A stretch of DNA of 64,000 bases from an uncultured Gammaproteobacteria bacterium (GTDB lineage: Bacteria > Pseudomonadota > Gammaproteobacteria > UBA9214), in assembly GCA_963701455.1 (NCBI GenBank), contig CAVPAE010000001.1, forward strand, positions 15,549-79,548, given 5' to 3'. Below the pieces are notes generated by a model. It made no database searches. It was not told where the DNA came from and worked only from the letters and a program-made list of their open reading frames with translations. Both the position numbers and the translations under genes were made by a program. Below are positions 29,622 through 38,578 of the stretch, in pieces (positions within the stretch are counted from its first letter, which is position 1; the number at the start of each line of letters is the position of its first letter).

Positions 29622-31580
29622 TCAGGGGTGCTGTCGTGCGGCTTTCACGGCGCTGCCGTCCGTTGCCGGTTCTTCGAAAAATACCTGCACATCGTTGAGG
29701 CTATGGGTGCGCGGCATCGCCGGCAGGCTGTTGAGAAAAATGCGCCCGTAGGAACGGGTGCGCAGGCGCGGATCACAAACCACCAGCACGCCACGATCGG
29801 TGCAGTCCCGGATGAGGCGGCCGATTCCCTGCTTCAGGGCAATGACCGCCGCCGGCAGCTGGTGCTGCATGAACGGGTTCTCGCCCTGGTTGCGCAGCGC
29901 CTCGATGCGCGCCTGCAGTACCGGATCGCCCGGCGAACCAAAGGGCAGCTTGTCGATAATCACGCAGGAGAGGGCCTCGCCGCGCACATCCACGCCTTCC
30001 CAGAAGCTGCTCGTCCCGAGCAACACGGCGTTGCCGAGGTCGCGGAATCGTCCCAGCAGTTCCCGGCGCGGCGCCTCGCCCTGCACCAGCAGCGGATAGG
30101 GCAGCGTATCGCGCAGCTGCGCAGCCGCCGCCTGCAGCGCGGCGTGGCTGGTGAACAGCAGGAACGCCCTGCCCCGGCTTGCCGCCAGCACAGCACGCGC
30201 ACAGTCCACGAACGCATCGACGTAGGCCGGCTGGTTCGGGTCGGGCATGTCATCCGGGAGATACAGCAGCGCGTTGTTGCGGTAATCGAATGGACTCTCG
30301 AGCTGCAGCAGGCGGGCATCCTCCAGCCCCAGCTGGCTGGTGAAGTGGCTGAAGTTGTTATTGCCGATCGCGAGAGTCGCAGAGGTAAATACCCAGGCGC
30401 CGGCAAGTCCTTCCAGGCAGGCACTGAACGCCGGCGCGATGTTCAGGGGCGTCAGATTGAGGCGAAACGCGGTACGCTGCGTCTCGAACCAGTGAATATA
30501 CTCACCGGCCGCATGTGTCTGCAGCATTCCCAGGCGCTGTTGCAGCAGGCGCGCGCGCTGCCGGCAGCTGTCCAGTCCCTTGCCGCGCTCCGCGGCATAC
30601 TCCAGCCATTCGGCCAGCTGCTGCATTACCGTGGCCAGTTGCTGCAGCAGCTCCTGCAATTCGCCGGATTGTGCCACGGCCGACCAGGGCGCGCGGCGTT
30701 CGGACTGGCCCAGCGCCAGCCGCAGGCGCGGCACCAGTTGTTCCAGCTGCTCTGCCGCTGCCGGTAGGTCCTGCATATCGCCGGCCTCGCGCAGGTGTTC
30801 GGTGCGGACATCGCGAGCCAGATCCCGTAGCTGGTGACTGCTGAGGGTGGTACCGAAAAACAGGGATGCGACTTCGGGCAACTGGTGCGCCTCATCGATA
30901 ATGCAGGCATCCGCACCGGGCAGCAGTTCACCGAAGCCCTCCTCGCGCAGCACCATGTCCGCAAACAACAGGTGATGGTTGATAACCACCACGTCGGCTT
31001 CCAGCGCGGCGCGGCGCGCCTTGACCACGAAACATGACTGGAAGTAGTCGCATTCCTGCCCGACACAGTTCTCGACGGTCGAGGTAACGCGTGGCCAGAC
31101 AACCGAATCCTCCGCAACCACACCCAGTTCGGCAATATCGCCACTCTGCGTCCTGCCTGACCAGGCACGTACCTGCGCCAGTTCCTGCTGTTGCCTGCGG
31201 GACAGCTTGCGGCCGTCTCCGGATGCCGTCTCGAGGCGATGCCAGCAGAGGTAATTTGCACGTCCCTTGAGAAGTGCCACCCTGGCCGGCAGGTTGAATG
31301 CCTCGCGGATCACCGGCAGGTCCTTGCCGTAAAGCTGGTCCTGCAAATGCCGGGTGCCTGTGGAGATGATGACTTTCAGTCCGGACTGCAACGCAGGCAG
31401 CAGGTAGGCAAAGGTCTTGCCGATGCCGGTACCGGCCTCGACGACCAGGTGTTCGCGACCGGCAATGGCAGCCGCGACCGCCTCGGCCATTTGCTGCTGT
31501 TCCAGCCGCGGTGAAAACCCGGGCAGGCTCGCGGCCAGCGGCCCGCCACTGCCAAGCAGTTCAGCGATTCCGCTGCTCAC
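29622..31580 (-). CDS. yoaA: ATP-dependent DNA helicase YoaA (DinG family)
   Basis: EAGTGIGKT, LKGRANYLC, Fe-S cysteines, IIDEAHQL, TSATL, SFWEGVD, QGIGRLIRD. Confidence 0.93.
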   Translation of the reverse strand: MSSGIAELLGSGGPLAASLPGFSPRLEQQQMAEAVAAAIAGREHLVVEAGTGIGKTFAYLLPALQSGLKVIISTGTRHLQDQLYGKDLPVIREAFNLPARVALLKGRANYLCWHRLETASGDGRKLSRRQQQELAQVRAWSGRTQSGDIAELGVVAEDSVVWPRVTSTVENCVGQECDYFQSCFVVKARRAALEADVVVINHHLLFADMVLREEGFGELLPGADACIIDEAHQLPEVASLFFGTTLSSHQLRDLARDVRTEHLREAGDMQDLPAAAEQLEQLVPRLRLALGQSERRAPWSAVAQSGELQELLQQLATVMQQLAEWLEYAAERGKGLDSCRQRARLLQQRLGMLQTHAAGEYIHWFETQRTAFRLNLTPLNIAPAFSACLEGLAGAWVFTSATLAIGNNNFSHFTSQLGLEDARLLQLESPFDYRNNALLYLPDDMPDPNQPAYVDAFVDCARAVLAASRGRAFLLFTSHAALQAAAAQLRDTLPYPLLVQGEAPRRELLGRFRDLGNAVLLGTSSFWEGVDVRGEALSCVIIDKLPFGSPGDPVLQARIEALRNQGENPFMQHQLPAAVIALKQGIGRLIRDCTDRGVLVVCDPRLRTRSYGRIFLNSLPAMPRTHSLNDVQVFFEEPATDGSAVKAARQHP

Positions 31581-32101
31581 TAGCGGCCTTCAAGTTCCCG
31601 CGCGCGCCGTTCGGCCGCAGCGGCACCGGTCCCGTCGCCAAGCGCCTGGCGCGCCCTGGCTATCAACCGCCAGTTGCGTGACTGCTGTGCACGGTTGCCT
31701 GCGGCCAGACTGTTTGACTTGACCGCCAGCTGCTCTGCCTGTGCCGGTTCCTGCTGCGCCAGCCTGACGGTAGCGAGGTGGTACCAGAGCAGCGGATTGC
31801 GTGGTTCGATGCGAATGGCCCGCTCCAGCGAAGCGGCCGCCGCCTCCAGGTCACCGCCATTGGCTTGCTTCTCTGCCTGCCCCAGCAACGCGACCACCGC
31901 AGGTGAACTGGTCGTGACAGTTGGCGGGGCGGTTTGCGGCTGAATGCTGCCCGGCGCGACCGGTCGTAGCGGCTCGTCCGGCACCGCACCGCCCTGCTCG
32001 ACTACAGGCGGCGGGTATCGCGGCGGCGGCGCCGTACTGCAGCCATGCACTGACAGCAGCAACAGAACGACCGGGATAGCAGGCAGTCTGTATGACCTCA
32101 C
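31580..32101 (-). CDS. lpoP: TPR lipoprotein, LpoP-like PBP1B activator
   Basis: Lipobox VHGC, Pro-rich linker, TPR (AAASLERAIRIEPRNPLLWYHLA); overlaps the mrcB stop, the arrangement known for ponB-lpoP. Confidence 0.75.
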   Translation of the reverse strand: MRSYRLPAIPVVLLLLSVHGCSTAPPPRYPPPVVEQGGAVPDEPLRPVAPGSIQPQTAPPTVTTSSPAVVALLGQAEKQANGGDLEAAAASLERAIRIEPRNPLLWYHLATVRLAQQEPAQAEQLAVKSNSLAAGNRAQQSRNWRLIARARQALGDGTGAAAAERRARELEGR

Positions 32102-34422
32102 TGAAACAACTCCTTGAACCAGTCAACCGGGTTTGGCAGGGCCTGATCGCCCCGTGCGCAGGGCGCATTCTCGTACGGTGCGCTGCCGACGATAAACGGT
32201 AATTGTACGGCATCCTCGCAACCGGCATCAGCCAGCAGGCCGGTTGCCGGGTCAATGTCGCGGTACTCGATATTCTCGGCAACGGGCTGGCTCATGCCCG
32301 GGTCACCCAGATGCCTGAACAGGTCGCGCCAGATGCGCAAGGCTCCGCTGGAACCGGTCAGGCCGGTTGACGCATTATCGTCGCGCCCGATCCAGACCAC
32401 ACCCAGGCGGTCACCGCTGAAACCGGCAAACCAGCTGTCGCGCATATCATCCGTGGTGCCGGTCTTGCCGGCGATATCCCAGGTTTCAGGCAGGACCTGG
32501 TACAGCGCGCGCCCGGTCCCTTCACGGGTAACATAACGCATTGCCGTGTTGACCAGGTAGACAGGCGCCGGCTCCACCACGGCGCGCACGCTCAGGGAGT
32601 AGCGCTGCAACGGGGTCTTGTCCGCCGCCAGCACGGCATTGATGGCACGCAACGGGGTAAGAAAACCGCCGCTGGCAAACGTCTGGTACAGCCCCGCCAC
32701 CTGCAATGGCGACATTTCCACCGCGCCCAGCACCAGCGAGGGGTAGGGATTCAGCCGCTGTTCCACGCCGAGGCGCCGCAGGGTCGCAACGATGGATTCG
32801 ATGCCGAGGTCAAGGCCCAGCCGTGCCGTACTGATATTGTAGGAATGCGCCAGGGCCTGGTAGAGGGGCACCTCGCCATGGCTCATCCTGTCGTAGTTCC
32901 CGGGCTTCCAGACCGTGCCGTTGCGCGCAGTATAGGTCAGCGGACTGTCATCCAGCAGCGTCGCCAGGGTATAGCGTTCCGGTTTTTCCAGCGCCGTCAG
33001 GTAAACGGCGGGCTTCAGCAGCGAGCCCACCTGGCGATGCGCATCCAGCGCCCGGTTGAAACCGGCAAATTTCGGCTCACGTCCACCGGCCAGCGCCAGC
33101 ACCTCACCACCCTGCACCGAGGTTACAACCGCGGCCCCCTCCAGCTTGCTGCCCTCGATTCCGCGGCCTTTTTCCAGGCCCTGCAATCCGGATGCCAGGG
33201 TCTGCTCCAGCTGCCACTGCAACTGCGGATCCAGCGTGGTGAAAATGCTCAGACCTTCCGAGGTGATGTCCTCGTCGCGGTAATCACGCTGCAACTGGCG
33301 GCGCACCAGGTCGAGAAATGCCGGAAACGTGTTAATCGCCTTGCGCCCCTGACTACTGACCTCCAGCGGCCTGCCCCTGGCGCGTTCGGCTGCTGCGCGC
33401 TCGATCAGCCCAAGGTCCGCCATCACATCCAGGGCGAGGTTGCGGCGTGCCCGGGCACGCTCCGGGTGACGCCGCGGGTTGTAGTAGGACGGGCCCTTGA
33501 CCAGGCCGACCAGCAGTGCGTACTGCTCGACGTTCAATTCGGCCAGTGGTTTCTCGAAGTAGAAGTGGCTGGCCAGGCCAAAGCCGTGCACGGCACGGTT
33601 GCCGTCCTGGCCGAGGTAGACCTCGTTCAGGTAGGCCTCGAGAATCTCGTCCTTCTCGTAATGCCATTCCAGCAGCAGCGCCATGATGGCCTCATTGAGC
33701 TTGCGGGTCAGGGAACGCTCGCTGCTCAGAAAGAAATTCTTCACCAGTTGCTGGGTCAGGGTGCTGCCGCCCTGGACCACACCGCGGGCCTGCACATTCG
33801 CCCAGAGGGCCCGCAGGATCGCCAGCGGTGCCACGCCATGGTGCTTGTAGAAACCCCGGTCCTCGATTGCGATCAGGGCATCGGTCAGGCTCACGGGGAC
33901 ATCATCCAGCTTTAACAGCACCCGGTCTTCATTGTGAGCCGGATAAAAGCTGCCGACCAGCACCGGATCCAGCCGGGCGAGACTCGCCGGGCGACCCGAA
34001 CCGGCATCGGTCAGGGCGCTGACCTTGTTGCCGGAAAAGCTGACCCGGATACTGGCGCTGTCCTGCTGGCCGTCCCAGAAGGTGAATGGCCGGGTAATGA
34101 CGTGGAAAACATTGCGGTTTCTGGAGAACCTGCCCGGCTGTTGCGCCGTCTTGACAGGGCGGTAATACAGGGCACGCAGCTCGGTCTGGAACTGATCCGC
34201 CGTGAGTTCCCTGCCAACATACAGGTCCAGTGGCCGCGCATAAACGCGGGCTGGCAGTGACCAGCGTTTGCCGTCAAACTGCTGCCGCACCTGCAGGTCG
34301 AGATATACTACATAGCCTGCCAGCAGCAGGCACAGCAGCAGGATCAGCCGCATCCACGGGAAACGCTGTTTGACAACCTTGCGACGTGATTTCCTGCGCC
34401 CGCGCTTGCGCCCTCGTGCCAT
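32098..34422 (-). CDS. mrcB: Penicillin-binding protein 1B
   Basis: UB2H domain, GT motifs IEDRGF, QGGSTLTQQLVKN, RKLNEA; TP motifs GSLLK, SYN, KTGT. Confidence 0.96.
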   Translation of the reverse strand: MARGRKRGRRKSRRKVVKQRFPWMRLILLLCLLLAGYVVYLDLQVRQQFDGKRWSLPARVYARPLDLYVGRELTADQFQTELRALYYRPVKTAQQPGRFSRNRNVFHVITRPFTFWDGQQDSASIRVSFSGNKVSALTDAGSGRPASLARLDPVLVGSFYPAHNEDRVLLKLDDVPVSLTDALIAIEDRGFYKHHGVAPLAILRALWANVQARGVVQGGSTLTQQLVKNFFLSSERSLTRKLNEAIMALLLEWHYEKDEILEAYLNEVYLGQDGNRAVHGFGLASHFYFEKPLAELNVEQYALLVGLVKGPSYYNPRRHPERARARRNLALDVMADLGLIERAAAERARGRPLEVSSQGRKAINTFPAFLDLVRRQLQRDYRDEDITSEGLSIFTTLDPQLQWQLEQTLASGLQGLEKGRGIEGSKLEGAAVVTSVQGGEVLALAGGREPKFAGFNRALDAHRQVGSLLKPAVYLTALEKPERYTLATLLDDSPLTYTARNGTVWKPGNYDRMSHGEVPLYQALAHSYNISTARLGLDLGIESIVATLRRLGVEQRLNPYPSLVLGAVEMSPLQVAGLYQTFASGGFLTPLRAINAVLAADKTPLQRYSLSVRAVVEPAPVYLVNTAMRYVTREGTGRALYQVLPETWDIAGKTGTTDDMRDSWFAGFSGDRLGVVWIGRDDNASTGLTGSSGALRIWRDLFRHLGDPGMSQPVAENIEYRDIDPATGLLADAGCEDAVQLPFIVGSAPYENAPCARGDQALPNPVDWFKELFQ

Positions 34423-34500
34423 GAATCTGCCTTGCCCGACTGCTAGTCAGTGTTATGCATGCCCGCTACGCGGACAAGGGTTGCCTGTGCACAGCCCGGA

Positions 34501-35268
34501 TCAGGGAGAGACACTGCCAAATACCTTCTTGAGCAAATCCGAGGAACGGGCCATGGGATTTTCACGGATCCGTTTCTCCTCCACGGCAACCATGCTGAAC
34601 AGGCCATCCAGAGCCTGCTGTGTCACGTAACCATCGATATCGGTCGCATCGCCGGAAAGCATGCTGGTCAGGCCGCCGGCACTGGAAAGCATGCGCTTGT
34701 AGGCCGAAGTCACGCCGGTGCTCTCCGTGGTACGAGTGACAATCGGAAGCATACGCTCGGTCAGTGCGGTTTCGGTATGGGTGCGGAAATATTCTGTTGC
34801 CGCATCATCGGGTCCGCTCAGAATGGCGCGGGCGTCATCCAGCGTCATAGCCTGGATCGCATCACTGAAAATTGCGGCGGCCTCGGGCACTGCCTGCTCT
34901 GCAGCATGATTCATCGAGGCGACGAATTCATTGGCGAGCTGCTCCTGGCCCAGCGTACGCAGGCTCTTTTCAACCCAGGCAAGACTATCCGGCATCGGTA
35001 TCCTGACACTGGCATTATCGAGGTAGCCGCCATCCTTGCCGAGAGAGTCAACCGCATAACGCGTGCCTTCCTGCAGGGCCGCCTTGAGACCGGCCACGAC
35101 TTCATCGTTGCTGAGCGCATCCGTGGCTGCGGGAACAGCTGCCGAATCGGTATCGATCACTCCTTTCAGGGAATCGAGGTAATCTGACAGGCCGGCAGTC
35201 ACCGGACTGGTGATAATCAGGGACAATACGCCGGCCAGCGCCAGCAGTATTCTTGGTTTCAGGACCAT
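34501..35268 (-). CDS. DUF4197 family exported protein
   Basis: GLKAALQEG, VRIPMPDSL, SMNHAAEQA, DAATEYF, YVTQQALDGLF...EEKRIRENPMARSSDLLKKVFG. Confidence 0.9.
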   Translation of the reverse strand: MVLKPRILLALAGVLSLIITSPVTAGLSDYLDSLKGVIDTDSAAVPAATDALSNDEVVAGLKAALQEGTRYAVDSLGKDGGYLDNASVRIPMPDSLAWVEKSLRTLGQEQLANEFVASMNHAAEQAVPEAAAIFSDAIQAMTLDDARAILSGPDDAATEYFRTHTETALTERMLPIVTRTTESTGVTSAYKRMLSSAGGLTSMLSGDATDIDGYVTQQALDGLFSMVAVEEKRIRENPMARSSDLLKKVFGSVSP

Positions 35269-35365
35269 GTTTTCGTCACTCCTGTATCAGCAACGGGCAG
35301 CAATCTGCCCGGCGCATAATGTAACCGAATGCGCCCGCCATGTCCTGTGCACCCCACCGAACAGC

Positions 35366-35399
35366 AAAAAAAACCCCGGTCGACTTTGCCGACCGGGGT
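35366..35399 (-). terminator. Rho-independent terminator of the VPLPA-CTERM gene
   Basis: 10-bp stem ACCCCGGTCG / CGACCGGGGT followed on the minus strand by a T8 tract (A8 at 35366-35373). Confidence 0.85.
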
Positions 35400-35431
35400 G
35401 AATTTACGGAGCTGGTAAAAATCTGTAACGT

Positions 35432-36178
35432 TCAGCTGCGGCGTCGTGTCGCGACCCTGCCAAGCAGCAGCATGCCTGAGCCAAACAGCCAGAAAGCGGC
35501 GGGAACAGGAACTTCTGATGTAACCGGCCTGTCACCGTAGAAAAATGCGCTGCTGATGTTATGCTTCCCCTCAAATTCGCGATACTCTCTTTCAAAGTCG
35601 CGATGCTCTCTCACATGGTCGCCATGCTTTCTGTCGTAGCCGCGATGCTCTCTGTCGTAGCCGCGATGCCCTCTGTCGTAGCCGTCATGCTCTCTCTCGT
35701 AGCCGCCATATTCCATGTCAAAGCCCGCGACATGCGAGGCAAAACCGGGAATGAAATCTTCTAGGCTCATGCCAAGGACGGAAAATTGCAGCGGGTCCTG
35801 GCGGGCCTGTCCGGTCCCCATGATACGGACATCAAACTTGCCGGCCTCACTCATACCCTTGTTGAACTGCACCCTCCAGTTCTCCGGCAACAGAAAGTTG
35901 TCTTTGTAAGCTTCGTTCCCGGAATCAAAATTGAAACCGAACGAGGCGATTCCAAAGTTACCCCCGGCAATCCCACTGAGTGCGGACCGGGTTTCAACCA
36001 GGAAATCCAGCTGGCCGGGTTGATTGTCGGAAATCGTGACCAGCAGGTAGTCGATATTATCTTCGAGGGCATTTGACTGGTCCAGCATGTACTGAACGGA
36101 TGCAGCCTCGGTACGACCGACGACGAACAGCGTAAAAACCAGTAAAGCCCCAAGTATTGTTCTCATTTTCTGCATCAC
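35432..36178 (-). CDS. VPLPA-CTERM (PEP-CTERM-like) exosortase substrate
   Basis: Signal peptide ending TEA; C-terminal VPVPAAFWLFGSGMLLLGRVATRRRS (motif, TM helix, basic tail). Confidence 0.88.
   Translation of the reverse strand: MMQKMRTILGALLVFTLFVVGRTEAASVQYMLDQSNALEDNIDYLLVTISDNQPGQLDFLVETRSALSGIAGGNFGIASFGFNFDSGNEAYKDNFLLPENWRVQFNKGMSEAGKFDVRIMGTGQARQDPLQFSVLGMSLEDFIPGFASHVAGFDMEYGGYEREHDGYDRGHRGYDREHRGYDRKHGDHVREHRDFEREYREFEGKHNISSAFFYGDRPVTSEVPVPAAFWLFGSGMLLLGRVATRRRS
35558..35704 (-). repeat. Seven tandem 21-bp coding repeats
   Basis: Encode GYEREHD / GYDRGHR / GYDREHR / GYDRKHG / DHVREHR / DFEREYR / EFEGKHN. Confidence 0.9.
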
Positions 36179-36225
36179 ATTTACCCCTTGTGTCCTGCTA
36201 CCAGATTCAATCCTGCCCTGTCAGA

Positions 36226-36429
36226 TTATGACGTGGCACCATTTTGTTGCAGCTCGACAACTGCACCATCCTCGCCCTGCTCGAGCATGCGGCGCAGCAC
36301 AGACGATAGTTCGGGAAAGTTTCTGAAAGACAGGCGCTCGCTGGTACCAACCATTTCGACCAGACCGGCGAGTTCTCCAGTATTATCCTGGCCTTTTCTG
36401 TAAATCCTGACGATATAGCTATCCATCAC
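36226..36429 (-). CDS. Small hypothetical protein (67 aa)
   Basis: MMDSYIVRIYRK...LAGLVEMVG...SFRNFPELSSVL; GGGGAAG RBS-like sequence upstream; lies between the BTAD gene and the CTERM gene. Confidence 0.65.
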   Translation of the reverse strand: MMDSYIVRIYRKGQDNTGELAGLVEMVGTSERLSFRNFPELSSVLRRMLEQGEDGAVVELQQNGATS

Positions 36430-36699
36430 TTCCCCCGCGAATAGTTGTTATCTGCTTGTTATGTTGTTGTTCATGGCAACCATAGTCCGGGAGAACTTAC
36501 ATATGACTTACCGATTCGACTTTCGCGCACTGCATAGGCGAGTGCCACGAAAACACGAGCGCAAGCGCGACGGGTGGCGACACAGCCATGCGAGCGATTG
36601 TGTGTGTGGGGGGGGGTAACGTAACCGGCGAAAGCCGGGAGAGAATGGATAGCAGTTAGCGTGTCAGGCAGTTGAGCAAGCAACTACCGTGGAGGCAAT

Positions 36700-37650
36700 T
36701 CAGGCAGACTGCCTGGTCGATCGAGCGCGTTGCAACTTGTTGTTGAGGATTTCGGTTTCCGCTTCCGGCTGCAGACCCAGCGTAACAGCGAGCACCCGGC
36801 TACAACGACGGTAGGTGGCCATCCCTTCAGAATAACGCTGTAATTTCAGGTAGCACACCATCAGGCGCTGGTAGAAAGCCTCGATCAGGTCATCGACCTC
36901 CAGGCCTCTCTGGTAGCAGGTTATTGCCTTCTCCCAGAACCCGTGGCTTTCCCAGTAACGGCCGGTCTCCAGCAGGTTGTGAATATACTTGCTCCGCAAG
37001 CGCTCACGTAATGAAACAGACCACGAGGTCATGTCTTCACACGCAAGAAAGTGGTCCTGGTAAAGCGCCAGCAACTGTTCAGTCAACTGTTCGAGCGCCA
37101 GCGCATCCCTGCCAGCCGTATCCAGATTGCGAATACGATTCAGCCGTCCAAGCAGGCGTTCAAATGCCCAGACGTCTGTCCAGCAATAGCGGGAATCAAG
37201 CGACACCTTGCCTTCCCGCAGGATGATGACCCGGTCGTCGCCCAGGATCTTGCGCAAACGAAACAGGGTCGTATCAAAAGTACGCTTGGCATCATCACCA
37301 TCACTGTCCGGCCACAGGGCTGCGGTCAGCATGGAGAGACTGATGTCGCGCCCGCCACAGGCAATAACGGCCTTCAGTAGTTCCAGGGGGCGATGCGGCG
37401 TCTTGCGGCCAAACCTGGCGGGCTGCCCCTGCAGCAGCAGGGAGAAACGACCGAGCGTGTATATCCTGACGGTTTGCGAAACGGCATTGATTGACAACGG
37501 CTCTAGCGCACCCAGGGTATTGCGCGTGCTGCGTGGATCCACACCCTGTCTGTCAGTAGTGCGTCTGAAGTAGAGCAAATTGTCTGCATCAGGCAAGGGT
37601 AACTGCTCAATACCCTGCAACTCTGTCTGTTGTTCCATTGTTGTTCTCAT
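36700..37650 (-). CDS. SARP/AfsR-like transcriptional regulator (winged HTH + BTAD, no ATPase domain)
   Basis: VRIYTLGRFSL, LLKAVIA, LWPDSDGDDAKRTFDTTLFRLRKILG, WTDVWAFE, LYQDHFL, DDLIEAFYQRLMVCY, LGLQPEAET. Confidence 0.88.
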   Translation of the reverse strand: MRTTMEQQTELQGIEQLPLPDADNLLYFRRTTDRQGVDPRSTRNTLGALEPLSINAVSQTVRIYTLGRFSLLLQGQPARFGRKTPHRPLELLKAVIACGGRDISLSMLTAALWPDSDGDDAKRTFDTTLFRLRKILGDDRVIILREGKVSLDSRYCWTDVWAFERLLGRLNRIRNLDTAGRDALALEQLTEQLLALYQDHFLACEDMTSWSVSLRERLRSKYIHNLLETGRYWESHGFWEKAITCYQRGLEVDDLIEAFYQRLMVCYLKLQRYSEGMATYRRCSRVLAVTLGLQPEAETEILNNKLQRARSTRQSA

Positions 37651-37927
37651 CGGAAAAAACGGAACGGCTGTCCGTTAAACTTGATGCCTCTGCCTTATTG
37701 TTATCAGCCGCAAGATACCGGCCGCCAAATTTATGGCAATCTTAACAAAAACAGTGAATAAAATCACAACTCTCCCCCGGTCTGGAAACATTCGCACCCC
37801 CGGAAACCCGGCGGCACCTGTAAACACTGCAAGATCCTGATTCCGGGATGCACCCTAACATAATACAACAGATGAGATATCCTCCTTATCCATATGTTTA
37901 TGTAGGATTTATCTTATTATTCCAGCA

Positions 37928-38039
37928 GGCATTCCTGCCGCTTTCTGCACCCAGCCATATATGCGTGCGCCAGAGTAGGACACGCAAAACTGCGACAAGG
38001 TTCAGGAACAACAGTGCAACAGCGAACGGCAGGAATGCC
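37928..38039. other. Long imperfect inverted repeat (candidate structured RNA or MITE)
   Basis: 13-bp arms GGCATTCCTGCCG / CGGCAGGAATGCC, plus inner pairs TGCAC/GTGCA and GCGTG/CACGC. Confidence 0.45.
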
Positions 38040-38053
38040 ACCCGCCAGGGATT

Positions 38054-38524
38054 TCAACCCGGCCAGCGGGAAAACGGGTTGGCAATCAGGCTCGCATTGT
38101 AATAGCGAGGATCGGCGGTAACTTCCTCTCCAATCCATGCCGGCAGGACAACCGCCTGGTCCGCAGCGGCAAGCTCTACCTCGGCAATCACCAGCCCTGC
38201 ATTTTCACCCTCGAATTCATCGACTTCCCATAACAGCCCCTGGTGCTCGATCCGGTAACGGGTTTTTTCGATCAAGGGGCGCTCGCACAGTTCGTCCAGC
38301 ATCGCGCTGGCATCCTCTAACGGGATGGCATACTCATATTCGGCACGGCTGGCATTGATGGTCTTGCCCTTGATAGTGAGATAACCCTTGCCGGCAGCCA
38401 CGCGGACCCGAACAGTTCGCCCGGGTTCTGTGGAAAGATAGCCCTGGCGGTAATGGCTGCCCGGCCCCAGTCCGCGCCAGCTGTCATCCGCAACCAGGAA
38501 TTTACGCTCTATTTCGATAGCCAT
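38054..38524 (-). CDS. CYTH / triphosphate tunnel metalloenzyme
   Basis: EIERKFLV (ExExK), QGYL, RVRV, LTIKG, RAEYEYAI, IEKTRY, WEVDEF, AEVEL. Confidence 0.93.
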   Translation of the reverse strand: MAIEIERKFLVADDSWRGLGPGSHYRQGYLSTEPGRTVRVRVAAGKGYLTIKGKTINASRAEYEYAIPLEDASAMLDELCERPLIEKTRYRIEHQGLLWEVDEFEGENAGLVIAEVELAAADQAVVLPAWIGEEVTADPRYYNASLIANPFSRWPG

Positions 38525-38578
38525 ATTTGCAGTTCATCCCGTAAGACAGCTGCCGTCCCGCCGTCTGGTTGCGTTGTA

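Noticed and set aside
35558-35704. CRISPR array
   Set aside because: Repeats are contiguous, in frame within a CDS and have no spacers; no cas genes are present.
36567-36581. GCGAC direct repeat as a SARP binding site
   Set aside because: Only two 5-bp copies at 10-bp spacing; expected by chance at this GC content.
36620-36645. CCGGC-GAAA-GCCGG hairpin resembling part of a c-di-GMP-I riboswitch, beside (TG)5-G9
   Set aside because: Flanking GGCAAAC and GACGCAAAG elements are missing and it is antisense to the downstream genes.
38054-38524. Annotation as adenylate cyclase
   Set aside because: Most short CYTH proteins are triphosphatases, and the context favours a polyphosphate role; cyclase activity cannot be inferred from sequence.
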